Program-made: the position numbers and the translations under genes | Shown: positions 28,627 to 38,422 of the stretch, piece by piece | Layout of the letters: each line of letters begins with the position of its first letter | How positions within the stretch are numbered: the first letter of the stretch is position 1 | The notes under the pieces: generated by a model | Told to the model about the DNA's origin: nothing | What the model saw: only the letters and a program-made list of their open reading frames with translations | The model's database searches: none | NCBI RefSeq assembly: GCF_002087085.1 | Contig: NZ_MWQY01000017.1 | Location: 1-64,000, forward strand | DNA length: 64,000 bases | Direction: 5' to 3'

Positions 28627-29526
28627 ATGAAGCGTAGTTTTAATTACACCCGAAAACCTGCCTGGATCCGCATGAGTCTTCTTACCAACAGGGATTTCAA
28701 TACGATAAAAAAGAGGGTGGGAGAGCGCAGCCTCACAACGGTCTGCGAAGAAGCCCGCTGTCCCAACATCCACGAGTGCTGGGGAGAACACCGAACTGCC
28801 ACCTTTATGATCCTGGGGGACACCTGTACACGGCGCTGCCGGTTTTGTGCGGTAAAAACCGGAATTCCCGGAGAAGTGGATCTGGCGGAACCCCTGAGGG
28901 TGGCCCGCACCATAAGCGAGATGGGAGCCGCCCACGCGGTCATTACCATGGTAAACCGGGACGATCTTGATGACGGAGGAGCAGCTGTCATGGCTGCCAC
29001 GGTACGTAAGGTTCATGAACTATCGCCGGATTGCAGCGTGGAGGTGCTCTCCTCCGATCTGATGGGGGATAAAAAGAGCCTTGAAATCATGATGGATGCG
29101 GAACCGGAGATCATGAGCCACAACCTCGAGACGGTTCGACGCCTGACCTCCGGGGTGCGGTCAAGATCTGACTACGACCGTTCTCTGGGTTTTCTGCGAA
29201 TGGTAAAGGAGATTGATCCTCAGAAGCTCACCAAGTCGAGTCTGATGCTGGGTCTCGGGGAAGAAAAGCATGAGGTACTGCAGACCATGGACGACCTCCG
29301 GGCGGTGGGGGTGGAGATCATCAACCTCGGGCAGTACCTTCAGCCTGGGCGTACTAATCTGCCGGTGGTCCGGTACTGGGAACCGGAGGAGTTCGACGAA
29401 CTGAAAAACGCCGCCCTGCATCGGGGTTTTCTGCACTGCGAATCAGGCCCCATGGTACGTTCGAGCTACCACGCCGGCGACCAGTATCAGCTTATACGAC
29501 AGCGGCTCCTGAGGGAAAGGGCTTAG
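28627..29526 (+). CDS. lipA: Lipoyl synthase
   Basis: CEEARCPNIHEC, CTRRCRFC, VRSSYHA. Confidence 0.97.
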   Translation: MKRSFNYTRKPAWIRMSLLTNRDFNTIKKRVGERSLTTVCEEARCPNIHECWGEHRTATFMILGDTCTRRCRFCAVKTGIPGEVDLAEPLRVARTISEMGAAHAVITMVNRDDLDDGGAAVMAATVRKVHELSPDCSVEVLSSDLMGDKKSLEIMMDAEPEIMSHNLETVRRLTSGVRSRSDYDRSLGFLRMVKEIDPQKLTKSSLMLGLGEEKHEVLQTMDDLRAVGVEIINLGQYLQPGRTNLPVVRYWEPEEFDELKNAALHRGFLHCESGPMVRSSYHAGDQYQLIRQRLLRERA

Positions 29527-30185
29527 AAATAAATTTCCGCCTTCAACTGTTCCCGCCGAAATCCTGTTTTCCGGGCAAGACTGAAAAGTTCGTAGATCAT
29601 GTCGCTGTTTCCACAGGCATAGATTGTATCGAAACTGTTTAAAAAGTCCGGATTTGCCCGAAGGTATCCGGTTACCCTGCCGGAAAATGTACCTGAAGGT
29701 GCATCCCCCCTGCTGACACAGAGAATCAGTCTTCCGGAGCTAAAATCCCCGTGCAGGTAATCTTCCATAGCAAAGCGGACCCCATGGAGCAGGGTATAAT
29801 CGGGTTGTTTCTCCGGTTCTGATGAGATGTGCACAAGGGAAGTAAAGGGAGCTATTCCGGTGCCCGTGGCGGCGAAGAGTATTCTTCCCTTCCGGCCTGC
29901 TTCAGGCAGAAGAAAGTCCCCGAAGGGTCCCCGGATTTCGAGAGAGTCCCCCGCTTTCAGCTCCGCCAGCACCGGGGTAACCAGACCTTGAGGGATGCGT
30001 CGGAAGAGGATGCGTCCTTCCCCTGATCCGGGTGCCGATGCAAGGGAGTATTCCCTCAGATGACCCATGCCTGCGGGCCCGGCCATTATGTACTGACCGG
30101 GTCTGAAGGAAAATGCTTCCAGGGAAAAATGTAAAGCATAGACTTCGTTGCCGAAATACTCCCTGGCGATTACCGGGCACAGCAC
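29523..30185 (-). CDS. Ferredoxin-NADP+ reductase-like FAD/NAD(P)-binding oxidoreductase
   Basis: PGQY, REYSLAS, GPFGDF, ATGTGIAPF, YACG. Confidence 0.88.
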   Translation of the reverse strand: MLCPVIAREYFGNEVYALHFSLEAFSFRPGQYIMAGPAGMGHLREYSLASAPGSGEGRILFRRIPQGLVTPVLAELKAGDSLEIRGPFGDFLLPEAGRKGRILFAATGTGIAPFTSLVHISSEPEKQPDYTLLHGVRFAMEDYLHGDFSSGRLILCVSRGDAPSGTFSGRVTGYLRANPDFLNSFDTIYACGNSDMIYELFSLARKTGFRREQLKAEIYF

Positions 30186-30191
30186 AGGATC

Positions 30192-30968
30192 CTACCAGCC
30201 CCCGGAGGCCCCTCCGCCTCCGAAACCTCCACCGCCGCCGGAGAACCCGCCCCCGCCGAAGCCACCACGGGAGTAGCCGCTTCTGCCGCGGCTGCCTGCG
30301 CTGCCAAGCAGGGCCCCCCAGAACAGGGCGCTGCCGAAGGAACCGCCCATTCTGCGGCGCCGGAAGATCATGCTGAGAAAAATGATCACGGCGAAGGCAA
30401 AAAAGTTAAAAGCCGCGCCTTCTTCGCTTCTCGATTGTTCCCGTTGCGAGGCGGCCAGCGCCTGGGGAGATATATCCGCTTCGCCGCTTACAATTCCTCC
30501 GATGGCCTGCACCGCCTTCAGAATCCCCCCGTCAAAATCGCCGGCCCGGAATCGGGGCTGAATTATCTCCCGGATAATAAAGCCGCTCTTGATGTCTGTC
30601 AGGCTGCCCTCAAGGCCGTAGCCTGTCTCGATACGGATCTTTTTCTCCTTCATGGCAACCAGAAGCAGCACCCCGTCGTCCCGGTCGGCGTTTCCCAGCT
30701 TCCACTGGTCGGTAACCCGGATGGAGTAAGCCTCCAGGGATTCTCCTTCAAGACCCGGAAGCGTCAGGACGGCGATCTGTGGACCCGCCTGTTTTTCCAC
30801 CGCTTCAAGATAGGCGGATATCTCCTCTTCGGCCCTGGCGGAGAGGATTCCCGCCTGATCGTTTACCCGTCCTGTAAGAGGCGGTACCTCCAGGGACAGA
30901 AGCGGGAGACTGAATAGCAGGAGAAACAGGGATATCAGGACCGTTACTGTACCTTTTCTTATCTTCAC
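30192..30968 (-). CDS. TPM domain protein with Gly-rich tail
   Basis: GRVND.AG.LS, W.LG....DDGVLLLVA, RIETGYGLEG, GGGFSGGGGGFGGGGASGGW. Confidence 0.9.
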   Translation of the reverse strand: MKIRKGTVTVLISLFLLLFSLPLLSLEVPPLTGRVNDQAGILSARAEEEISAYLEAVEKQAGPQIAVLTLPGLEGESLEAYSIRVTDQWKLGNADRDDGVLLLVAMKEKKIRIETGYGLEGSLTDIKSGFIIREIIQPRFRAGDFDGGILKAVQAIGGIVSGEADISPQALAASQREQSRSEEGAAFNFFAFAVIIFLSMIFRRRRMGGSFGSALFWGALLGSAGSRGRSGYSRGGFGGGGFSGGGGGFGGGGASGGW

Positions 30969-31642
30969 GATCCGCTCTCCAGTTCTTCCGGGGCGTTTCC
31001 CAGTTCGTTTGTATCCTTCTGCCGCCTTTCGACCTTCTGGGCGAGAATATCTCCGCACTCCTTTACCGCTTCAACAATGGCATCGGCAATCTTTCCTGCG
31101 GAGATTTTGCTGATCATTCCGTTCACAATGCTCGTCCAGGTTTCCGGATCGACCTTCTCGTTTATCCCCCGGTCGGCAATCAGTTCGACCCGGCGTTCCA
31201 GCAGGGAGACAAAAATAAGGATACCCGTGTGGTCCAGGGTATCATGGACGCCTGCTTCCATAAAGTGTCGCCGGGCCCGGGCCTGGACCGCTGCGGCCAT
31301 CGCTTTTTTCGGTATGATCAGCCTGTCAACTCCAGGTATCTGGGCCAGAAAATAGGCAAGGGCGCCGGAGAACAGGGCAATCCAGCTGTAAATAAAAGGC
31401 AGCAGCCCGGGATTGAAATCCCAGTACAGGGCGGAAAAAAAGGCCTCCATTCTGCTGTCCATAAGTGCCGCAGCGGTAAAGACAATAAAGCCGACGATGA
31501 GCGCGAAGACCAGCTCCCGGAACCCGTAGTCGTCACTCTCGGCGATTACGGCGGTGGCTATTTCTCCGCCGCTTTTTTTTTCTGCCTCCGCGACAGCTGC
31601 GGCGATACGCCGGCTGTCGTTTTCAGATAATAGTGGTTTCAT
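30965..31642 (-). CDS. TPM domain membrane protein
   Basis: AEKKSGGEI, GILIFVSLLERRVELIADRGI, NEL.N; sits in the lemA-TPM-TPM operon. Confidence 0.85.
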   Translation of the reverse strand: MKPLLSENDSRRIAAAVAEAEKKSGGEIATAVIAESDDYGFRELVFALIVGFIVFTAAALMDSRMEAFFSALYWDFNPGLLPFIYSWIALFSGALAYFLAQIPGVDRLIIPKKAMAAAVQARARRHFMEAGVHDTLDHTGILIFVSLLERRVELIADRGINEKVDPETWTSIVNGMISKISAGKIADAIVEAVKECGDILAQKVERRQKDTNELGNAPEELESGS

Positions 31643-31651
31643 ATGTATTTC

Positions 31652-32260
31652 CTAAAAGGATACCTGCGGTGCGCTGGATGCTCCCTCGGTTGCGGAAAAA
31701 TAGGCCTTTTCCCGGAAACCCATCATGTTGGCAATGATTACCCGTGGAAACTGCCTGATGTAGGTGTTATAGCTTCGTGCAGTCTCGTTGAAGCGCTGTC
31801 GTTCCACGGCTATGCGATTCTCCGTACCTTCCAGCTGATCCTGCAGAGCCAGAAAGTTCTGGTTTGACTTCAGATCGGGATAGTTCTCGGTAATCATCAA
31901 GAGGCGCTGAAGGGCGGAACCAAGTCCCGCCTGGGCCTCCTGAAAACGTGCAAAGGCTTCCGGATCCTCCAGCAGGGACTCATCCATCTGCATAACTCCG
32001 CCGGCTCTGCTCCTGGCCTCGGTAACGGCGGTGAGGGTCTCCTGCTCCTGATTTGCAAAACCCTTGACTGTCTCCACCAGATTGGGAATCAGATCGTAGC
32101 GGCGCTGGTACTGGTTCTCCACCTGCGCCCAGGCAGCCTTGACGGATTCATCCATGCTTACCATGGAGTTGTAGGTACTCCGGAAACTGCTGTACATTAA
32201 AAAAAGGAGAACGAAAATAACACCCAGGACTATAAGTCCCGTACGTAATCCCTTGCTCAT
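31652..32260 (-). CDS. lemA: LemA family protein
   Basis: QYQRRYDLIPNLVETVKG, ENYPDLKSN, LEGTENRIAVER. Confidence 0.95.
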   Translation of the reverse strand: MSKGLRTGLIVLGVIFVLLFLMYSSFRSTYNSMVSMDESVKAAWAQVENQYQRRYDLIPNLVETVKGFANQEQETLTAVTEARSRAGGVMQMDESLLEDPEAFARFQEAQAGLGSALQRLLMITENYPDLKSNQNFLALQDQLEGTENRIAVERQRFNETARSYNTYIRQFPRVIIANMMGFREKAYFSATEGASSAPQVSF

Positions 32261-32416
32261 TGAACCTCCCGGCCCGGTGCTGCGGACACCATTTTTCTGT
32301 ATGTATCACACTATAATACAAAGGAGACGTTCCATCGTCCACCACCCCGGCTTTTACCTGGAGGTATTTCTGAAACTCCTTGTAAAAAATGGAACCCTCA
32401 TCTATTATATCCGGCA

Positions 32417-33838
32417 ATGATCGATTTCAGTTCCGGACCACAGGTGTATTGTATCGGTATCAAGGGTACCGGAATGTGCGCACTGGCAGAATACTGTCGG
32501 CATGCAGGGGCCAATGTGGAGGGCTCGGATGTACAGGAGGTCTTCTATACCGATGAGATCCTGAAGTCTCTTGAAATACCCGTGCATACGCCCTTCAAAA
32601 GCGGGAATCTTCCCTCCCATATCGACTATCTTTTCTATTCCGCCGCCTATGACGCGGACAACAACCCGGAACTGGCGGAAGCCTCCCGGAGGGGCATCCC
32701 GGGAATGAGCTATCCCCAGGCTTTGGGGATGATCTCCCGGGGACAGCCCACCGGCGCGGTGGCCGGGGTCCACGGTAAAACCACGACCACTGCCCTGGCG
32801 GGTTCCATGGCTCAGGCCGCGGGCCTTCCCGTGGGAGTGATTGTCGGGTCGGGGGTTTCAAACTTCGACGGGCGCTCCTGCCTCTTCCTGGGAGACAAGG
32901 GTCTCATTGCCGAGACATGCGAATACCGTCGGCACTTTCTGAACATTTCTCCCCGCTGGCTGATTGTAACCAGTATAGAACCGGACCACCTGGATTATTT
33001 CAGGGATTACGGCGACATATTCGACGCCTTTACCGAGTACGCCCTGAAGCTGCCTGAAAACGGGACTCTTATCTACTGTGCGGACGATGCCGGGGCCTCG
33101 GAACTGGCCGGAAAAATGCGCATCCTTCGTGCCGACCTTCGCCTGATACCCTACGGTTTTTCCGCGGACGGCGAATATGGTATTCAAAATTACCGGGTGG
33201 AGGGAGAGCGGCTTGTTGCAGAACTGGCCGGTTTCAGTAAGCCTCTCCGGCTCCGCATCCCCGGCCGCCACAGCGTTCTGAATGCCGCCGCCGCCGCTGC
33301 CCTTGTAACTGTCATGGGGGCGGATCTGGGACTGAGTCTGGACAGGCAGAAACTGCTTTCTGGCTGCGAAGAATTCCGGGGAAGCCGCAGGCGCAGCGAG
33401 ATAGTCGGCGAGGCCGGAGGGATACTCTTCATGGACGACTACGCCCATCATCCCACGGCAATACGCACCACCCTCCGGGGACTGCGGGAGTTCTATCCCC
33501 ACCGGCGCCTGGTAGTGGATTTCATGTCCCACACCTATTCCCGTACGGCAGCCCTTTTCGACGGATTTGCCGCAGCCTTCGGCGATGCGGATGAACTGGT
33601 TCTCCACGATATTTACGCCTCTGCCCGGGAGGATTCCGGGGGAGTGAGCGGAGAACAGCTTTACCGGAAAACCGCGGAGAACCACCCCTCCGTACGCTAC
33701 TATCCTGAACCGGCGGACTCCCTGGAAGAGCTGGATTCTTTGCTCTCTCCGGGAGACCTTTTCATCAGCATGGGAGCGGGAAACAACTGGCTGGTAAGTC
33801 ACGAACTCTATAAACGACGGAAAGGAAGGTCAGCATGA
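32417..33838 (+). CDS. murC: UDP-N-acetylmuramate--L-alanine ligase
   Basis: IGIKGTGM, AGVHGKTTTT, DHLDYF, DDYAHHPT, HTYSRT, MGAG. Confidence 0.95.
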   Translation: MIDFSSGPQVYCIGIKGTGMCALAEYCRHAGANVEGSDVQEVFYTDEILKSLEIPVHTPFKSGNLPSHIDYLFYSAAYDADNNPELAEASRRGIPGMSYPQALGMISRGQPTGAVAGVHGKTTTTALAGSMAQAAGLPVGVIVGSGVSNFDGRSCLFLGDKGLIAETCEYRRHFLNISPRWLIVTSIEPDHLDYFRDYGDIFDAFTEYALKLPENGTLIYCADDAGASELAGKMRILRADLRLIPYGFSADGEYGIQNYRVEGERLVAELAGFSKPLRLRIPGRHSVLNAAAAAALVTVMGADLGLSLDRQKLLSGCEEFRGSRRRSEIVGEAGGILFMDDYAHHPTAIRTTLRGLREFYPHRRLVVDFMSHTYSRTAALFDGFAAAFGDADELVLHDIYASAREDSGGVSGEQLYRKTAENHPSVRYYPEPADSLEELDSLLSPGDLFISMGAGNNWLVSHELYKRRKGRSA

Positions 33839-34701
33839 TCAGCATGACGGGTTACGGCTACTGCGAGGAGGAAACCGAGAAGCTCTATCTCTCGGTGGAG
33901 ATAAAGTCGGTTAACAACCGCTACCTGGACATTCAGATCAATCTTCCGCCTTTTTTGAATCCTCTGGAACCTCGGCTGCGGGAGTTCATCAGCTCCCGGG
34001 TCCGACGGGGAAGAGTCGAGGTGTATATACGTCTGCGGGAGCTGGAAGAGGAACTGAAGGTTCACCTGGACCAGTCAGTGGCTTCCGAGTATGCGGAAAT
34101 CCTGCGGCGGCTTGCCGAACAGACGGGAATAACGGAACCCCTGCGCCTTGATCATCTGCTGGGAATGGAGGGTATTCTGAAAAGTACCCGGAGCCGCGAC
34201 CTCGAGCGTTACTGGGATGCAATTCAGCCGCTTTTGAGCCGGGCCTTTAATGATTTTTCCCTCACCCGTAAAAAGGAGGGGAGTGCGACAAAACAGGATA
34301 TTCTCCGGCATATCGAAATTATCCGGGAGGCTCTTTCAGGGGTGGAGGTTTTAAAAGACGACCTGGAAAGCTACTTTACGGAAACCGTGCGGGGAAAATT
34401 CCAGGAGGTCGTGGGAGACCAGGTGGAGGAGAGCAGGGTTCTGACGGAAATCGCATCCCTGATGGTCAAATACTCCATCAACGAAGAGCTTGTACGCCTT
34501 AAAGGACACCTGAAGAGTTTCAGCAGCATTGCGGAATCCGAGGATGCCGTGGGAAAAAAACTTGATTTTCTGGCCCAGGAGATACACCGGGAAATAAATA
34601 CCATCGGATCAAAAAGTGTTCAGTACGATATCAGCAGCGGCGTCGTTTCCATGAAGGACGCCCTTGAAAATATACGGGAGCAACTGAGAAATGTCGAATA
34701 G
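33835..34701 (+). CDS. yicC: YicC/YloC family endoribonuclease
   Basis: SMTGYG, KSVNNRYLD, GKKLDFLAQEIHREINTIGSK, IREQLRNVE. Confidence 0.95.
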   Translation: MISMTGYGYCEEETEKLYLSVEIKSVNNRYLDIQINLPPFLNPLEPRLREFISSRVRRGRVEVYIRLRELEEELKVHLDQSVASEYAEILRRLAEQTGITEPLRLDHLLGMEGILKSTRSRDLERYWDAIQPLLSRAFNDFSLTRKKEGSATKQDILRHIEIIREALSGVEVLKDDLESYFTETVRGKFQEVVGDQVEESRVLTEIASLMVKYSINEELVRLKGHLKSFSSIAESEDAVGKKLDFLAQEIHREINTIGSKSVQYDISSGVVSMKDALENIREQLRNVE

Positions 34702-35230
34702 AAGAGGAATTATTGCCATATCAGGAAAGAGCGGCTGCGGTAATACCACCGTCACTCATCTGGTGGCCGAAAAGCTGGGCTTTCGTGTGGTGAACTATAC
34801 CTTCCGGACCATGGCCAGGGAGATGGATATCTCCTTCGACGAGCTCTGTGCTCTGGCCGAAAAGGACGATGCCTACGATCTCAGACTCGACCACAGGCAG
34901 GTCGAACTCGCCAGGGAGGGTAACTGTGTTCTGGGTTCCCGCCTCGCTATCTGGCTTTTGAAGGAGGAAGCGGACCTGACAGTTTTTCTCGACGCCTCCC
35001 TGGAAATACGGGCCGAACGCATCGCATCCCGTGAGGGAGGAACACACATCGAGGTTATGGAAAAAACCGTCGCCCGGGACCAGCGGGATCATGAGCGCTA
35101 TAAAAGAATTTACGGTTATAATAACGACGATTACCGTTTTGCCGATCTCATTATCGACACCTCCGTGTCGGACCAGTACGAGGTTGCCGGACAGATAGTT
35201 CAACAGTACCGTAATCTCGGCAGGGATTGA
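34691..35230 (+). CDS. cmk: Cytidylate kinase (short, archaeal-like type)
   Basis: ISGKSGCGNTT, FR.MARE, GSRLA, RDQRD..RY..IYG, DLIIDT. Confidence 0.75.
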   Translation: MSNRRGIIAISGKSGCGNTTVTHLVAEKLGFRVVNYTFRTMAREMDISFDELCALAEKDDAYDLRLDHRQVELAREGNCVLGSRLAIWLLKEEADLTVFLDASLEIRAERIASREGGTHIEVMEKTVARDQRDHERYKRIYGYNNDDYRFADLIIDTSVSDQYEVAGQIVQQYRNLGRD

Positions 35231-35256
35231 GTCTCAGGGACATTTTCTGCTATAAT
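35227..35256 (+). promoter_or_regulatory. sigma70 promoter with extended -10
   Basis: TTGAGT-N18-TATAAT with TG upstream of the -10, before rpoZ. Confidence 0.55.
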
Positions 35257-35287
35257 TCCATGCAATATACAGAGTAAGGCGGTTTAG

Positions 35288-35479
35288 ATGATAATTCCAT
35301 TGGACCTACTGGTGGACAACACGGACAACGTATACGAAATGACCTGCGCCGCCATTCGCCGGGCTGTACAGGTTACCATTACCGGAGACGAGGAGCTCGA
35401 AGAGGACGGCGGTAAGGTTGTATCCACGGCGATCAAACAGGTCCTTACACGGACCGTGCAATACAGGCTTGAAGAGTAA
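35288..35479 (+). CDS. rpoZ: RNA polymerase omega subunit
   Basis: NVYEMTCAAIRRA.Q...KVVSTAIKQ; located after yicC and the kinase. Confidence 0.8.
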   Translation: MIIPLDLLVDNTDNVYEMTCAAIRRAVQVTITGDEELEEDGGKVVSTAIKQVLTRTVQYRLEE

Positions 35480-35486
35480 ATCAGCT

Positions 35487-36440
35487 TTGCGGCATCATGA
35501 ACCACCGGTACTTCCGGTGGTTCTTCTTTTTGGTCCCACCGGGGTCGGCAAGACCGATCTTATCCGGAACCTTCCGGTTGAATACTTCGAGGTAATAAGC
35601 GCCGACTCCATGCAGGTCTACCGCGGTATGGATATCGGGACCGCCAAACCGGACAGGGCTTTTCGTGAGCATATTCCCCATCATCTCATCGATATCCGGA
35701 ATCCCGGGGAGCAGTTTCACCTGGGTGATTTTATCCGCCTGGCCGACGAAGCTGTGCTGGATATCCTGAAAAGGGGCAGACTGCCTGTTATCTCGGGAGG
35801 AACGGCCTACTACTTCAAGCATTTTCTCTACGGGCTGCCCGAGGCCCCTTCATCGGATCCGCACATACGGGCGGAACTGGCGGCGAGGGTGCAGAGAGAG
35901 GGACTCGAGCCCTTGAGGGAGATGCTGCACCGGGTTGATCCCGTCTCCGCCGAAAGGATAGATGCCAGCGATGCCTACCGTATACAGCGTGCCCTGGAGG
36001 TCTACATGAGCAGTGGGCGTCCCCTGTCGTCCTTCAGGCTTCCTGAAAAGCTGCGGGAGGGGCTTGATCCCCTGATTATAGGTCTTACAAGACCCCGGGA
36101 AGAACTGTACCGGCGAATCGACAGGCGTGTGGAAGAGATGTTCGCTGCGGGGCTTCCCATGGAAGTGGCGTCCCTGAAGCAGGCAGGATATGGTCCGGGG
36201 GACCCCGGCATGAAAGCCATCGGTTACCGCGAGTTCTTCGAAGGGGAAGAGGAGCCGCTGCCCCGGATCCAGACTGCGAGCCGCAGATATGCCAAACGGC
36301 AGCTCACCTTTTTCCGGACCCTCCCCGGAACGATCTGGATGAATCCTGAAGAAGGGGAAGAGATCATCTCCAGGATCTATTCGTTTTTCAACTCCCGGAA
36401 AGAGTCGATTTCCCGGATCTCTTCGGTTTCCAGCGAATAG
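35487..36440 (+). CDS. miaA: tRNA dimethylallyltransferase (start uncertain)
   Basis: GPTGVGKT, SADSMQVYRGMDIGTAKP, PHHLID, GGTAYY, RRYAKRQLTFF. Confidence 0.95.
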   Translation: MRHHEPPVLPVVLLFGPTGVGKTDLIRNLPVEYFEVISADSMQVYRGMDIGTAKPDRAFREHIPHHLIDIRNPGEQFHLGDFIRLADEAVLDILKRGRLPVISGGTAYYFKHFLYGLPEAPSSDPHIRAELAARVQREGLEPLREMLHRVDPVSAERIDASDAYRIQRALEVYMSSGRPLSSFRLPEKLREGLDPLIIGLTRPREELYRRIDRRVEEMFAAGLPMEVASLKQAGYGPGDPGMKAIGYREFFEGEEEPLPRIQTASRRYAKRQLTFFRTLPGTIWMNPEEGEEIISRIYSFFNSRKESISRISSVSSE

Positions 36441-37816
36441 ATATGATAATCCTCCTTATCCCGTCGAAGCCTGACCCTCTCCGTATGCTCGCTTACGTCT
36501 ATCCTGATGCTCTCCTCCACGTCTTCCGGGTCCCCGCCTGCGGGCTGGGCGAAGATACAGGTGACCAGGAACTCTGCCTCTGCCATTTGACGGATGGAAA
36601 TATCCGCGGCACCGAATACGAACTGTCCCCGTTTCAGGGGAGGGAGTCCCGAATCGATCCACTCCTGGGCAGATAAAAAGGGCGGCGGACCTCCGACGGA
36701 ATAGGCCTTTGTTACCCTGGTAATTACCGTGAGTCTGACGGCCGATTCAATATAACGGCTGCCGGCGCCGTCGGTAGTACAGGCGTCCATGGTATCATGG
36801 TCCAGGCGGTTCATGCTCTCGTAAAAAAGACGTACCACCTGTTCAGGGTTCAGCCCCCGGGTGGGAGGCGGGACAGAGGCTTTCTGCAGAAGGTTGGCAG
36901 TCAGCAGGGTTCCGGCGACAACAAGGATCCCGGCAATTGTGAGGGGAATCCTGTAGCGGTGGAAGAATCTACGCAGAATGCCACGCCTGTGAATAAGCTT
37001 CTCCCTGCGACGTGCAAGGCTTCGTATACGCAGTAGATCTGCCTTCGATAACGCGGGAGCGGCTTCCGTCTCCACTTTTTTCAGGAGATCATGCAGCCGG
37101 GATAAATCCGGATTATCTGCGCTTCCATCGAGGATCTTGTCGATGTATTCCACTGTCTCCCGGTATAACTCCGGCTTTATCAGGCGGAGGGATACAAACT
37201 CAGCCCTGCGCATACGCTCCCTGAGTTCTCCGATGTCGGACACGGCCAATGAAGGTCCGGCAACAAAAGGATGACGTCCCGTCAGGGCAATGCAGGCAAG
37301 AAGGGCAAAGGAATAAGCAGCTGACCGGGTTCCCCTGATATCGGGATGCCTGAAGGCTTCGTAAACCTGCAGCAGTTCTTCTTCCCTGAAGCAGCCCCGC
37401 TGTTTTTCCGCCATGGAGGGGGAGAGAACCATAACCCCTCCGTCGTCGAGCAGAAAGACCGAGGAGGCGTCGAAGTGTTCAGGTTCTTTTTTCGAACTGA
37501 AAATCAGTTCATGGGCTGCAAGGACCTTTCTCAGGCATGGCAGATCGAGCTTGCCGTCGGCAATGATCCTGGAGAGACGTGTCCCTTCAAAACGGGGTCC
37601 GATACAGTAGCGTCCCTGGTTTTCGATGTATCCCTCCACCGGCCATTCGTCAAGCCTGCCGTTCCTGTATATCCAGGCCGTATCCGGGGTGTTCCCTGAA
37701 CGCAGGTTCCAGATATCCGGCCGACTTCCGGGGCTTATCTTTATTCCCGTGTAGTGTCTGCCCTCGCGTCGAAGTTCAATTCTGGTGGAGTCGATCCGGT
37801 CTATTATGCTGTTCAT
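36377..37816 (-). CDS. Membrane protein with degenerate protein-kinase-like N-terminus and extracytoplasmic C-terminus
   Basis: HFDASSVFLLDDGGV and AAYSFALLACIALTGRHPF resemble kinase subdomains VIb and IX; one TM at ~aa 290-310. Confidence 0.55.
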   Translation of the reverse strand: MNSIIDRIDSTRIELRREGRHYTGIKISPGSRPDIWNLRSGNTPDTAWIYRNGRLDEWPVEGYIENQGRYCIGPRFEGTRLSRIIADGKLDLPCLRKVLAAHELIFSSKKEPEHFDASSVFLLDDGGVMVLSPSMAEKQRGCFREEELLQVYEAFRHPDIRGTRSAAYSFALLACIALTGRHPFVAGPSLAVSDIGELRERMRRAEFVSLRLIKPELYRETVEYIDKILDGSADNPDLSRLHDLLKKVETEAAPALSKADLLRIRSLARRREKLIHRRGILRRFFHRYRIPLTIAGILVVAGTLLTANLLQKASVPPPTRGLNPEQVVRLFYESMNRLDHDTMDACTTDGAGSRYIESAVRLTVITRVTKAYSVGGPPPFLSAQEWIDSGLPPLKRGQFVFGAADISIRQMAEAEFLVTCIFAQPAGGDPEDVEESIRIDVSEHTERVRLRRDKEDYHIYSLETEEIREIDSFRELKNE

Positions 37817-38406
37817 CAGGGCTGAAAGTCCTCTTCTGAAAAGATACTGGCGGTAAATATTTCCATTCTGGTTTCAGGGTCTTCCAGGGCTTCTGGAGGA
37901 AGTCCCGCCTTGCGGCAGGTATGCAGGGCAAACTCCTCGCGGTTCCATCCCTGTTCGGTGGCCACCTGGGGAAGCAGGACCCCGCTTCTGTATCCTCTGG
38001 TTAAATACAGGCCGTGGGTTCCGGGTTCAAGCTCCTTTAGGGAATCGACCTGCACAAGGGGAGACAACACCGATATCTCTATGCTGATTTCCTGGAACTC
38101 CTCTTTTGAAAGGGGAGAAAAGCGGGGGTCCCGAAAGGCGCTGGAAAGAGCCATGGATGCAATCGTCTCATGCAGAGCGCTGCGGCTTGTCATGTTGCCG
38201 ATGCAGCCACGGAGATCTCCTGCCTTTCTTAAGGTAACAAAGGCCCCCGTTTTCTGCCAGAGAACAGGATGTTCCTTGCTGAAGGAGGCAAAGCTGCTGA
38301 AGAAGTCTGCCGGAACAGAAAGACCGAGTTCCCGGCCTATTGTCCATCGGGCAAGCGAAAGGAGAGCTCTTTGTTCTTCTTCTGACAGATCGGTAAAGGT
38401 CTGCAT
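37816..38406 (-). CDS. amrA: AMMECR1-domain protein (AmmeMemoRadiSam protein A)
   Basis: GAFVTL...LRGCIG, AFRDPRF, IEISVLS, LLPQVA, CRKAGL. Confidence 0.92.
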   Translation of the reverse strand: MQTFTDLSEEEQRALLSLARWTIGRELGLSVPADFFSSFASFSKEHPVLWQKTGAFVTLRKAGDLRGCIGNMTSRSALHETIASMALSSAFRDPRFSPLSKEEFQEISIEISVLSPLVQVDSLKELEPGTHGLYLTRGYRSGVLLPQVATEQGWNREEFALHTCRKAGLPPEALEDPETRMEIFTASIFSEEDFQP

Positions 38407-38422
38407 GAAATCTCACCCCTGC

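Noticed and set aside
30195..30270. GGC/GGA-rich low-complexity repeat
   Set aside because: Encodes the normal Gly-rich tail of TPM-domain proteins.
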